Assembly: GCA_009692555.1 (NCBI GenBank) | Contig: SHYY01000005.1 | Coordinates: 3,860 to 67,859, forward strand | Source: Myxococcales bacterium | GTDB taxonomy: Bacteria; Myxococcota_A; Polyangia; Palsa-1104; SHYY01 | Reading direction: 5' to 3' | DNA length: 64,000 nt | Shown: piece by piece, positions 40,298 to 49,512 of the stretch | How the letters are laid out: each line of letters opens with the position of its first letter | How positions within the stretch are numbered: position 1 is the first letter of the stretch | The notes under the pieces: generated by a model | What the model saw: only the letters and a program-made list of their open reading frames with translations | Told to the model about the DNA's origin: nothing | Database searches by the model: none | Position numbers and translations under genes: made by a program

Positions 40298-40765
40298 CTA
40301 GCGCCGGAGAGCAGGATCGTCCACCTCGGTGCAGTGCCGCACGAGCTCGTCGAGCAGGTCCCTCCACTCCGGGCGGGGCCGTCCCCCACGGTCGAGCCCC
40401 TCCAGGCCGCAGTGGCCATCACCGCCCGGCTGGTCGCGGAGCTCTTCGAGAGGATCCTCGACGACTCGCAGCGGGGTGGCGTTGAATCGGACCCTCACCG
40501 CCAGCACACCTTTCACCGGCAGCAGGTAGGCTCGCAAGGGCCTTTGCGCCCGCCTGAACTCGACCGCCTGACCGGTCGTCGTGCGGGCCTGGTCCCAGAC
40601 CGAGACCCGCACCGGGCCACCTCTTCGCTCCGCGTCCTTCTTGTCGTCGGAGGTGGGCTCGATCGCGAGGCTGTTCGGGAATCGGGCGCCGTCGGGAACG
40701 AAGCGAGGTTCATTCAGGACCAGCCGTAGCGTGATCGCGGATGGAGTCAGTTCGAGGGCCGGCAT
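40298..40765 (-). CDS. Hypothetical protein, possible ADP-ribosyltransferase-fold toxin
   Basis: Third gene of a tight cassette; LRLV / VSVW / GHCGLEGL motif spacing. Function is an inference. Confidence 0.6.
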   Translation of the reverse strand: MPALELTPSAITLRLVLNEPRFVPDGARFPNSLAIEPTSDDKKDAERRGGPVRVSVWDQARTTTGQAVEFRRAQRPLRAYLLPVKGVLAVRVRFNATPLRVVEDPLEELRDQPGGDGHCGLEGLDRGGRPRPEWRDLLDELVRHCTEVDDPALRR

Positions 40766-40770
40766 TCGAC

Positions 40771-41214
40771 CTACGAGACCAGAGCGACCACATGATTGAG
40801 CAGGTGAACCGGAACGCCGCGCACCCGTTCGTCGTCGGTGCCGTCCCGGTCGCCGGAGAGTCGGTCCTTGTAGAACCAGTGCAGCGTGCCGTCCGAGTAC
40901 ACGTCCACCTCGAGGTACTTCCTCTCGGTGTCCCAGTAGAGCTGAACCGCACCCTCGGGGGTCGGCTGCGTGACAGGCAGGCCGAGGCGGGGCCCCACGT
41001 AGTCACGGATCTGCTTCCACACCTGTCGGACGCGGGAGAGGTGGTGGGGCTGAAACAGGCGTCGCTCGGCGAGATCATCGACGAAGCGGTGCCACGGCCG
41101 ATCTGGATCCAGGGAAACGGCTGCGCTCAAACGTCCCGCGTCGGCCTGCATCAGGACGATGTTCGGCTTTGTGTTCGTCACGGTCGAGCTGTAGTCGTGG
41201 ACGATTGGGAACAC
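40771..41214 (-). CDS. Hypothetical protein, middle gene of the cassette
   Basis: Starts 1 nt after the upstream stop; C-terminal PVTQPTPEGAVQLYW...LEVDVYSDG. Confidence 0.65.
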   Translation of the reverse strand: MFPIVHDYSSTVTNTKPNIVLMQADAGRLSAAVSLDPDRPWHRFVDDLAERRLFQPHHLSRVRQVWKQIRDYVGPRLGLPVTQPTPEGAVQLYWDTERKYLEVDVYSDGTLHWFYKDRLSGDRDGTDDERVRGVPVHLLNHVVALVS

Positions 41215-41215
41215 G

Positions 41216-41953
41216 CTACGCCTCCTCGCGCCCGATGAGATCGCGACACCTGTCGGTGATCGCTCCTTCGAACGCCGTGACTATGGCCTGGTGGGCGGCA
41301 TCCTGCCAGGCCCGCATCTCCTCCCATTCGAAGGCGATATCGGGGCTTTCCGGGGTGCGCACGTACAGGTCGAGAAGGTAGATCGGCCGCGTGCCCGCGT
41401 CCAATCCCTGGAAGACGAGGGCGAGGATCGTGGTGCCTCGCACGACCTCGCCCACCTGAAGCTGCATTGCGAACGGGCGATGCCGGTCGCTGAGCTTCGG
41501 GTAGACGTAAAAGTAATCGGCCGGATCGGCCGCGATGTCCGGCAGGAGCACCTGGTTGAGGTATCGCTGGCCCAGGAAGAGCACGCTCGATGGACGCGTC
41601 CGTTCGGCGTACTCCTCGACCAGCGGGCGCATCTCGGGAACGTAGCTGAGGTAGCTGGTGTAGGGCCTGAGGGCGTTGAAGGCGCACAGGTCTCGGCCGA
41701 ACTGGACCATGCGGCTCCTGTCCGCGCTCCACATCCGCGTTCGCGTGACACGTGGTTCAGGCGTCGCGCTGACCCCTCCTGGCCCGACCTGGAAGGTTGT
41801 TCTCGCGACGTTGATTTCATCTCGGACTGTGTAAGGGCCGCCGATCGTCCCCATGATCTGACCGGTCGTGGCCTCGTCCCACTTCGGGACGCTCGTCGGG
41901 GCAAACTCGTACACTGCCTCGGCGATCGGCGCGTTCTTGTAGCGCGTTGGCAC
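41216..41953 (-). CDS. TIGR04255-like family protein
   Basis: GTG start; YKNAPIAEAVYEF, QFG...FNALRPYTSY, LGQRYLNQV, LLDL, AHQAIVTAFEGAIT. Confidence 0.75.
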   Translation of the reverse strand: MPTRYKNAPIAEAVYEFAPTSVPKWDEATTGQIMGTIGGPYTVRDEINVARTTFQVGPGGVSATPEPRVTRTRMWSADRSRMVQFGRDLCAFNALRPYTSYLSYVPEMRPLVEEYAERTRPSSVLFLGQRYLNQVLLPDIAADPADYFYVYPKLSDRHRPFAMQLQVGEVVRGTTILALVFQGLDAGTRPIYLLDLYVRTPESPDIAFEWEEMRAWQDAAHQAIVTAFEGAITDRCRDLIGREEA

Positions 41954-42011
41954 ATCCGCTTGTATTCCGCTCGGGGTGGATGTGCAAGGGGCCTGCGAGG
42001 GCCGCGATGCC

Positions 42012-43412
42012 TCAGCCGCGGAGCGGGATCGTGAGCACGATCCGGCAGCCGATTTCGCGGTCTCCTTCGACGCGCGCGGCCTCCGCCCGGATCGTCCCGC
42101 CGTGGACCTCCGCCACGCGACGGGCAAGCGCCAGCCCGAGGCCGTAGCCTCGCGCAGCGCCGGCATCGCCGGAGGTGCGGACCGCACGGTAGAAGGGCTG
42201 GAAGACGCGCTCGCGATCGGCCGCGGCGATCCCCGCCCCCTCGTCGGTGACGGTGAGTTCGAGGGACTCCTCCCTCCGCGCCGCCGCCAGGACGATCGGC
42301 GGGGCCCCGTACTTGGCGGCGTTCTCGACCAGGTTCCACAGGGCGCGCCGGAGCAGCGCCGCGTCGGCCTCCAGCTCCAGCCGCGGGCCACCAACCGCCC
42401 GCACCGCGATCCCCGCCACCGCCGGATCGTGGCCGGCGCGCTCCGCCAGCTGGGCGCACAGCGCTTGCGTGTCGACGCGATCGAGGTGCAGCGGCAGGGC
42501 GGCGGCGTCGATCCGCGACATGGTGAGCACATCATCGATCAGCCGGTCGAGCTCGCCGATGTCGCCCTCGATGTCGCGCACCCGCGCCTCGGTCCCTTCG
42601 CCCTGCGGCAGAAGCTCGAGCGCCATCCGGAGGCGCGCCAGCGGTGAGCGGAGCTCGTGCGACACGTTGGCGAGCAATTCTTTTTGCGTTCGCACCAAAC
42701 CCTCCACCCGCTCTGCCATGTCGTTCCACGCTCGGGTGAGCTCCTCCAGCTCGTCGGGTCGATGATGCCGACGGTGGGGTCGCCGCGGCCCGCACGCCGG
42801 CCCGTCCGGTCCACCCGGGACCGGGATCCGCACCGCCAGATCGCCGCCCCCGAACCGCCGGCTAGCCTCGGTGAGCCGCATCACCGGCCGCGAGATCCGG
42901 CGCGCCAGCGGCGCGGTCGCCAGCGCCACGATGACCAGCAGCAGCACCAGCGCGCCCAGCGGCCGCCACTCGCTCCGCATCCGGAAGCGCTGCACCACCG
43001 ACACCTGAACGATCCCGCGCAGGGTGCCGCCCTCGTCGCGGATCGGCGCGGCAGCGTACCAGCCGCGCGGCCCCGGCAGGACGTCGCTCGGTCCGGCGCG
43101 GATCGCCTGCACCTGCTCCGGCGACGGCAGCGGCAGCGCTTGCCCGACGACGTCGAGCGGCTGTCCTGCCACGTCGCGCACCGTCAGGTCGATATCCAGA
43201 TCGACGGCGAGCCGCCGCACCAGCGCCTGCCGCGCCGCCTGGTCCCCAAAGCGTTCGCCGATCGCCGACGCCGCGTGCAGCGCCAGTCGCCGCGCCATCC
43301 CATGCACGAACGCCGAGCGCCAGCCGGTCGCGAACACCACGCCGCTGGCCATCCCCGCGACGAGCAGAACCCCGAGGAAGTGCAGGTAGATCCGGCTGTG
43401 GAGGCGGCGCAT
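42012..43412 (-). CDS. HAMP sensor histidine kinase (CpxA/BaeS-like)
   Basis: SHELRSPLARL, NLVENAAKYG, DEGAGI, FQPFYR, GYGLGL. Confidence 0.95.
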   Translation of the reverse strand: MRRLHSRIYLHFLGVLLVAGMASGVVFATGWRSAFVHGMARRLALHAASAIGERFGDQAARQALVRRLAVDLDIDLTVRDVAGQPLDVVGQALPLPSPEQVQAIRAGPSDVLPGPRGWYAAAPIRDEGGTLRGIVQVSVVQRFRMRSEWRPLGALVLLLVIVALATAPLARRISRPVMRLTEASRRFGGGDLAVRIPVPGGPDGPACGPRRPHRRHHRPDELEELTRAWNDMAERVEGLVRTQKELLANVSHELRSPLARLRMALELLPQGEGTEARVRDIEGDIGELDRLIDDVLTMSRIDAAALPLHLDRVDTQALCAQLAERAGHDPAVAGIAVRAVGGPRLELEADAALLRRALWNLVENAAKYGAPPIVLAAARREESLELTVTDEGAGIAAADRERVFQPFYRAVRTSGDAGAARGYGLGLALARRVAEVHGGTIRAEAARVEGDREIGCRIVLTIPLRG

Positions 43413-44110
43413 CACAGGCGCGCCAGGACGTACCCGACGCCGCGCACGGTCTTGATGAAGCGCGGATTCTTCGGATCGCTCTCCAGCTTCGCGCGCAGCT
43501 TCGAGACGTGGACATCAATCGAGCGATCGAAGGACTCGAACTCGGTGCCCTTGAGCGCGTTCTGGAGGTGCTCCCGGGAGAGCACGCGCCCCGCTGCGCG
43601 CGCGAGGCAGCCGAGCAGCTCGAACTCGAAGTGCGTCAGCACCTGCCGCTCCCCTGCGACGGTGACCTCGTGCGCCGCGTAATCGATCTCGAGATCGCCG
43701 GTGCGAAAACGCTCCCGCGGGGCGGGTTCTCCGTCGCTGCGGCGCAGCACCGCCCGGATTCGCGCCAGCAGCTCGCGCGGGTTGAAGGGCTTGGCGAGGT
43801 AGTCGTCGGCGCCCAGCTCGAGGCCGATGATCTTGTCGACGTCGTCGCCCTTGGCGGTGAGCATGAGGATCGGGAGGCGGGCGTGCCCTTGCAGCGCGCG
43901 GACGCGGCGGCAGACCTCCAGCCCGTCGACGCCGGGGAGCATCAGATCGAGCAGGAGCAGGTCGAAGCGACCGCGCCCGAGGGCGGCGAGGCCGCGCTCT
44001 CCGTCGGCAGCGACCGTGACGTCGCACTCGTTCTTGCCGAGGTACTCGGCGACCAGCGCGGCGAGGCGCGCATCGTCGTCGATGAGCAGCGCGGCCACAC
44101 GGCGGGCCAC
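43412..44110 (-). CDS. OmpR-family response regulator
   Basis: IDDD, LDLMLPGVDG, GADDYLAKPF, DRSIDVHVSKLR, TVRGVGY. Confidence 0.96.
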   Translation of the reverse strand: MARRVAALLIDDDARLAALVAEYLGKNECDVTVAADGERGLAALGRGRFDLLLLDLMLPGVDGLEVCRRVRALQGHARLPILMLTAKGDDVDKIIGLELGADDYLAKPFNPRELLARIRAVLRRSDGEPAPRERFRTGDLEIDYAAHEVTVAGERQVLTHFEFELLGCLARAAGRVLSREHLQNALKGTEFESFDRSIDVHVSKLRAKLESDPKNPRFIKTVRGVGYVLARL

Positions 44111-44116
44111 GCCGGG

Positions 44117-44947
44117 CTACCCGCCCTGGGGGTGGTGCGCGCGCACGAAGTCGCCGATCGCCCGCCTCTGGGCGGGGCCGAGCGCGTCGTGGGCCTCGGT
44201 GACCGCCTGGACGATCGCCTCGCCGGCGGCCCGGGCCTTCGCCTGGTGTTCCGCGCGCAGGGCCGCGATCTTGTCCGAGTCGAGCCGGTCGGCAGCGAAG
44301 AGATCGAGGGCCGCGTCGAGCGCCGCGCCGGGGTCGGGTCGTCCCGCCTCGAGGGCCGCGAAGGCGCGATCGCGCGCGCCGTGAATGGTCTCCCGCTGGG
44401 CCGCCGTGGCCTGGGCCGCATCGAGCGCATCCTCGATCCGCGCGGCCGCCATCCGCTTCATGAAGCCTGCGTGCCGGCCGCCCCGATGCTCCGGCCGGTG
44501 CGCGCGCGCCCACTCCACGAGCGCCTTGCGCTGCTGCGCGTCGAGGGTGGCGTGGACCTCGGTGATCGCATGGGCGATCGCTTCGCCCGTGCGCGCCGCC
44601 GCCTCATCGTGGGCCGCGCGGAGGGCCTCCACCTGGGCCGGGTCGACCCGGTCCGCCTCGAACAGGGCGACCGCCCGCTCGATCCGTGGTCCGCGCTCGC
44701 CGTGCGCCTCCTCCACCGTCGCGAAGGCGCGGTCGCGGGCGGCGTGGATCGCGTCCCGTTGGGCCGGGGTCGCCGCCACCGCGCCCAGCGCCTCCTCGAT
44801 GCGCGAGGAGAGGTGCTGCTTGAACATCGCGTGGCCGCGACCGGGATGGTGCCCGCCGCGCGCGTGGGCGACGGCGGCGATCGCCCCCACCGACGCGAGA
44901 GCGACGGCCAGGATTCCGACCTTCAGGTTGGAATGCTTCATGGTCAT
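44117..44947 (-). CDS. Periplasmic Spy/CpxP-like protein with duplicated domain
   Basis: Signal peptide; two copies of RIE.AL.A..AT.AQR..IH.ARDRAF...EAI..A.TE.H..L...QR; upstream of the RR-HK pair. Confidence 0.75.
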   Translation of the reverse strand: MTMKHSNLKVGILAVALASVGAIAAVAHARGGHHPGRGHAMFKQHLSSRIEEALGAVAATPAQRDAIHAARDRAFATVEEAHGERGPRIERAVALFEADRVDPAQVEALRAAHDEAAARTGEAIAHAITEVHATLDAQQRKALVEWARAHRPEHRGGRHAGFMKRMAAARIEDALDAAQATAAQRETIHGARDRAFAALEAGRPDPGAALDAALDLFAADRLDSDKIAALRAEHQAKARAAGEAIVQAVTEAHDALGPAQRRAIGDFVRAHHPQGG

Positions 44948-45114
44948 GGGCTGCCTCCGGGTCATCCTAGCAAGTTCGCCAGGTCGCGAACCAGTGTGGT
45001 GCGCGCGCATCAAGAATGCTTTGCGCCCGCGTAAAGTTTCGTGAAGGCCGGAAGGCCGATTGGCCTCACTCGGACCCCAACCCCCGGGGTGTGATCCAAA
45101 GTGCTCGGCGCGAC

Positions 45115-45178
45115 CGTAGGGCGGCCTCTTGCGGGCCGCCGGGTGCGCGTCCGGACGGGGGCGAGCCCCGGCCCTACG
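45115..45178. repeat. GTAG-type REP doublet
   Basis: cgtagggcggcc...ggccgcc and ggggcgagcccc...ccctacg in inverted orientation. Confidence 0.55.
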
Positions 45179-45278
45179 GGTCGAGCCACCGAGGGTGGCC
45201 GATCACACCCCAACCCCAGCGGTGCGAGGCGAGGACGAAGGCGGCGAGTAGCTCTGCCGAAATCAATTCCAGCGAGCG

Positions 45279-45503
45279 TCACGGCGCGCGCGCCGCGCTC
45301 CGCCACCGCCGCGTCCCTCCCTCGTTGTAGCCGAGGAGCAGCCCGAGCGCGGCGAGGCTGTCGAGCACCGCCTCGACCTCCTTCCGCTTCGCGCTCTTGA
45401 ACGCGCCCGCCACGTCGGCGATGGTGATGAGGAACGGGGGCCGTTCGCCGAAGCTGTGCGAGTAGCCGACCGCCTGCCCGTACGCCTGCTGCATCGCGAC
45501 GAT
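45279..45503 (-). pseudogene. Possible internally deleted remnant of an MmeI-like type IIL restriction-modification gene
   Basis: AMQQAYGQAVGY...PPFLI (N-terminal-like) joined to VAGAFKSAKRKEVEAVLDSLAALGLL (C-terminal-like). Resemblance from recall only. Confidence 0.4.
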
Positions 45504-45544
45504 CTCCCGTCGGTGAGAATGATCCGAGCCCTCTGGGTCTGTTT

Positions 45545-45695
45545 CCCTCTCCCGCTGGCGACGCTTGCGGGAGAGGGCTAGGGTCTCTCTGGCCGCGCCA
45601 TCATCAGCTTCGCGTTGCCTCCAGCGACGGAAGTAGCGAGCCGCTCCATGCGCGCTCAACGCTCACCCCGACCCTCTCCCGCAAGCGGGAGAGGG
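45545..45695. repeat. Pair of ccctctcccgc...gcgggagaggg hairpins (REP-like)
   Basis: Copies at 45545-45577 and 45672-45695. Confidence 0.75.
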
Positions 45696-45831
45696 AGACG
45701 ATCCCTGAGATGTGGCTGATGATCAGTTGCCGTCGCCGTGGCCGTTGCCGTCGCCGTCCGTCGCCGCCACCAGCAGAGGCAGCGAGGGCGGGGCAGTCCG
45801 TGGACTCCCCGAACGGTGCTATCTTCCCGCC

Positions 45832-46464
45832 GTGTCTCCGCTGCGCGTCCCGGTCGCCGACTTCGAGCGCAGCGCCGCCGCGCCCACCGACTGGCCGCCC
45901 GAGGAGGAGGGCCTGCCCGAGGTGGCCTTCTGCGGCCGCTCCAACGTCGGCAAGTCGTCGCTGATCAACTTCCTGGTCGACCGAAAAGGGCTGGTCCGGG
46001 TCAGCCGCACGCCCGGGCGCACCCGCCTGGTGAACTTCTTCCAGGTCGAGCTCCTCGACGGTGAAACACGCAGGCGGGTCCGCCTGGTCGACCTGCCCGG
46101 CTTCGGCTACGCCAAGGTCTCGAAGACCGAGCGGGCGACGTGGCGACCCGGGATCGAGGCCTACCTGGGCAAGCGGGGCGCCCTGCGCGCGGTGGCGCTG
46201 CTGGTCGACGCGCGGCGCGACGTCGAGATCGACGAGCGCGAGCTGGCCCCCTGGATCGCGGCCCGCGGCGTGCGCGTGATTCCCGTCATCACCAAGGCCG
46301 ACAAGCTCTCCAAGCACGAGCGCCCGCTCGCCGCCGACAAGCTGCGCCGCACCCTCGGGTCCGCGCCGGTGCTGGTGAGCGCCACCGAGGGCTTCGGGCG
46401 CGAAGAGCTGTGGCGGAGACTCCTCGCCGCCCTGCCGTTTGACGTCGCCCGGCATGCTCCCTAG
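45832..46464 (+). CDS. engB: Ribosome biogenesis GTPase YihA/EngB
   Basis: GRSNVGKSSLIN, SRTPGRT, DLPGFGYA, TKADK. Confidence 0.95.
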   Translation: MSPLRVPVADFERSAAAPTDWPPEEEGLPEVAFCGRSNVGKSSLINFLVDRKGLVRVSRTPGRTRLVNFFQVELLDGETRRRVRLVDLPGFGYAKVSKTERATWRPGIEAYLGKRGALRAVALLVDARRDVEIDERELAPWIAARGVRVIPVITKADKLSKHERPLAADKLRRTLGSAPVLVSATEGFGREELWRRLLAALPFDVARHAP

Positions 46465-46476
46465 ACTCCCCGGACC

Positions 46477-47466
46477 GTGACAGCCCCCGAGGCCGCGCCC
46501 AGAGCGACAGACTCCCCAGCCACGGCGGGCCACGGCGGGGCGCGGGTGGTGATCGTCGCACTGGCGGTGAACCTCCTGATCGCAATCGGCAAGTTCGTCG
46601 CAGCCGGGCTCTCGCGCTCGACCGCCATGCTCGCCGAGGCCTGCCATTCGCTCGCCGACAGCGCCAACCAGATCTTCCTCCTGCTCGGCCTCAGGCTCTC
46701 GGCGCGCCCGCCCGACGAGAAGCACCCCTTTGGCTACGGCCCCGAGACGTATTTCTGGGCCTTCATCGTTGCGCTGTGCATCTTTGCCGTTGGCGGCGCC
46801 TTCTCGATCTACGAAGGGATTCACAAGATCCTGCACGCCGCCACCGACGAGCACGCCATGGGCAGCGCCACATCGGCCTATGTCGTGCTGGGCACGTCGA
46901 TCGCGCTCGAGTGCTACTCGCTTGCCGTCGCGCTGCGCGAATTTCGGCACCTTCGCGGTGGGCGCGGGGTGCGGACCACGCTGCGCGAGACACGCGACCC
47001 GACGGTGCTCACTGTGTTGTTCGAGGATCTCGCGGCGCTCTTCGGGCTGGTGGTGGCGCTCGGCGGCGTCGTGCTGAGCCACCTGACCGACAACCCGGTG
47101 TGGGACGGCGCGGCGTCGGTGGTGGTCGGACTGGCGCTGGTGGCGGTGGCCTTCGTGCTCGGGCGCGACGCGAAGGGGCTCTTGATCGGGCGCGGTGTCC
47201 CGGAGCGCGAGCGCCTCCGCATGGAGGAGATCGTTCGCGCCGCGCCGGACGTCGTCCGGGTGGTCCACATCCGGACCATCCACCTCGGCCCGCGCGACGT
47301 GATGGCCGGCCTGAAGCTCACCTTCAACCCGTCGCTCGATGTCCACACGCTGGAGCAGCGGATCAACCAGCTGGAGGCGGCGTTGCGGGCCGCGCTGCCG
47401 CAGCTCACCCGGATCTACGTCGAGCCGGGCTTTGACGAGCACACCGTGCGCCGGGAGGCCGGGTGA
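46477..47466 (+). CDS. Cation diffusion facilitator (CDF) transporter
   Basis: AEACHSLADSANQ, HPFGYG, FEDLAA; C-terminal dimerisation domain. Confidence 0.93.
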   Translation: MTAPEAAPRATDSPATAGHGGARVVIVALAVNLLIAIGKFVAAGLSRSTAMLAEACHSLADSANQIFLLLGLRLSARPPDEKHPFGYGPETYFWAFIVALCIFAVGGAFSIYEGIHKILHAATDEHAMGSATSAYVVLGTSIALECYSLAVALREFRHLRGGRGVRTTLRETRDPTVLTVLFEDLAALFGLVVALGGVVLSHLTDNPVWDGAASVVVGLALVAVAFVLGRDAKGLLIGRGVPERERLRMEEIVRAAPDVVRVVHIRTIHLGPRDVMAGLKLTFNPSLDVHTLEQRINQLEAALRAALPQLTRIYVEPGFDEHTVRREAG

Positions 47467-47948
47467 TGGCGGTCGGGGCGCGCAGCCGGCGCGCCGAGAT
47501 CGCGCGGATGACGCTGCGCGACCTCGACGGCGTGATGGAGATCGAGAGGGCCGCCTTCAAGGCCCCCTGGTCGCGCCAGGTGTTCATCGAGGAGCTGGAG
47601 CGCGACTGGGCGCACATCGACGTGCTGCGCGAACGCGCGGGCAGCCCGGTGCGCGCGTTCGCGAACTACTGGCTGGTGCGCGACGAGGTGCACCTCCTGA
47701 ACGTGGCGACCCACCCCGACACGCGCCGGAGGGGCCTCGCGTCGGTCCTGCTCGGCCACGTGATCGACTTCGCGTGGGACGCCGGCTGCCGCTACATCAC
47801 CCTCGAGGCGCGCCGCTCCAACCAGGGCGCGATCCGCCTCTACCGCAAGTTCGGCTTTCGCCCCGTCGGCATCCGCCCGAACTACTACGTCGAGGATCAG
47901 GAGGACGCCATCGTCATGCTGCTCGACCGCCTGCGCGGGAAGGGCTGA
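47466..47948 (+). CDS. rimI: Ribosomal protein S18 alanine N-acetyltransferase
   Basis: IERAAFKAPWS, HLLNVATHP..RRRGLA, LEARRSNQGAIRLYRKFGF, RPNYY...EDAIVM. Confidence 0.92.
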   Translation: MAVGARSRRAEIARMTLRDLDGVMEIERAAFKAPWSRQVFIEELERDWAHIDVLRERAGSPVRAFANYWLVRDEVHLLNVATHPDTRRRGLASVLLGHVIDFAWDAGCRYITLEARRSNQGAIRLYRKFGFRPVGIRPNYYVEDQEDAIVMLLDRLRGKG

Positions 47949-47950
47949 CG

Positions 47951-48677
47951 ATGCTCGCCGGATCGCGCCCAGCGACGAGGATTTGGTGTTGGCCACTCCT
48001 GGCGCTCCTGGCTCCCGCCGGCTGCACCCGGGACCCGCTCGAGACACCCGAAATCTCCGATGCCGGCCACCAGCCCGAGGTCGCCGATCTCGCGTTCGTG
48101 CACGAACGAGGCGATTTCTGAATCCGAGCCCGACCTGTCTGAACCCGACGGAGACTGCACCTGGCCTGCCGGGACCGGCTGCGCGGGCAACCGGCCAAGC
48201 TGCGCTCAGCGGATCTTCGCTCCCCGGTGCGGGAAGCCCTTCCCCCTCGGCAGCGACCATCCCGCCGACCCGGCGGAGAGCGATCAGGGCATCGAGCGCG
48301 CACCCGACGGAACCCTCCGCCTGATCGGCACTGGACCTGGCACCTGGTCCTATCTGCTCGCCGGGTGTATTGGCTGCGAATCGAATAGCGCGGCCGGAGA
48401 CACGGATTGGGTTCGCCTCGACTGGAAGGCGGAAGTGCCTCCTGGCGCGGTCTTGACGCTGCGGGCGCGCGCAGGGAAGACGGCGTCGCCCGATCGCACA
48501 TGGGGCCCCTGGAGCCAATTCGCAACCTCGCCGGCCGACCTCGCGGCCCTGGCCGTACCGAAACAGTGGGAGGACGGATACCTTCAGGTCGAGGTTCTCC
48601 TTTCGGCCCCGGCGAGCACACCGCTCCGGCTGATCGCCATCCGGGTCGTGCACGATTGCCCTTATTGCCCGGGGTAG
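47951..48677 (+). pseudogene. Hypothetical Cys-containing lipoprotein split by a frameshift
   Basis: Lipobox ORF (LLAPAGC) stops at 48121; its apparent body (PDLSEPDGDC...YLQVEVLL) continues in another frame to 48677. Confidence 0.55.
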
Positions 48678-48693
48678 CCGACGCGTGAAGCGC

Positions 48694-49512
48694 CTAGCGC
48701 TGGATGAATCCCATCACATTCGTCGAATCCGGCTGGAGCGAGTAGACCGCCACCCCCACCGCCGCGCCCACCGCCACGCCGCCGACGATCGCCCAGAGAT
48801 ACCAGCGCTTGTACCAGGGCAGCAGCCCCGCCGCGCGGGTCATCTCCGCGCGCACCTCGACGGTGGCGTCGGGCGGGACGTCGATCCGCGCCGCGAAGGG
48901 CGAGTAGTCGGGCTTGGCCAGCTCCACCCGGTAGCTGCGCGGCGCGAGCACCTTCAGCTTGCCCTCGAGCGGGGTCTCGCCGCGTGGCTGGTTGTTGATC
49001 GTTACCGTCGCCCCGTCGACGTTGGCGGTGACGACGATGAAGCCGTAGCGCTTGAACACCTCGGGCGGGTAGAGCTGCCGCAGCCAGCCCAGGATCTTCT
49101 TGTCCTCCACCTCCTCGGCCGAGGGCAGCACCTCGGAGAGCTGCCCGGTCACTGCCTGCGTCTCGACATCGATCCGCTGCAGCGCGAGCACCACGTCGCC
49201 GACCTTCGAGACCCCGAGGAGCAGCACCTCGTCGACCTCCAGGCTGGTGCCCACCTTGGCGACGCATGGCGCATCACCCGCGCAGCGCGCCACGGCGGCG
49301 TCGATCGCCGCGCTTCGCCTGCGCGCCTCTTGCGGGTCAACCACCGTCAGCGCGGTGGTCTTCTTCAGCCGCTCGGCGATCCGCCCACCGAGGTTTTGCA
49401 CCTGCTCCACCCCGGCGCGAAACTCCAGCACCGCCACGCGCCGCCGCTCCTCCGCCAGCGACGGGCGGGCGACGGCAGAGAGCATCGCCAGCGCCACCAG
49501 CGCGCGCTTCAA
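48694..49512 (-). CDS. PEGA domain protein
   Basis: Signal peptide; ANVDGATVTINNQPRGETPL...YRVELAKPDY; PWYKRWYLW + TM; TTG start overlaps the upstream stop. Confidence 0.85.
   Translation of the reverse strand: MKRALVALAMLSAVARPSLAEERRRVAVLEFRAGVEQVQNLGGRIAERLKKTTALTVVDPQEARRRSAAIDAAVARCAGDAPCVAKVGTSLEVDEVLLLGVSKVGDVVLALQRIDVETQAVTGQLSEVLPSAEEVEDKKILGWLRQLYPPEVFKRYGFIVVTANVDGATVTINNQPRGETPLEGKLKVLAPRSYRVELAKPDYSPFAARIDVPPDATVEVRAEMTRAAGLLPWYKRWYLWAIVGGVAVGAAVGVAVYSLQPDSTNVMGFIQR

Noticed and set aside
41216-42535. 439-aa ORF as a kinase-TIGR04255 fusion
   Set aside because: The N-terminal part is an off-frame overlap of the histidine kinase; the family motif starts right after GTG 41953.
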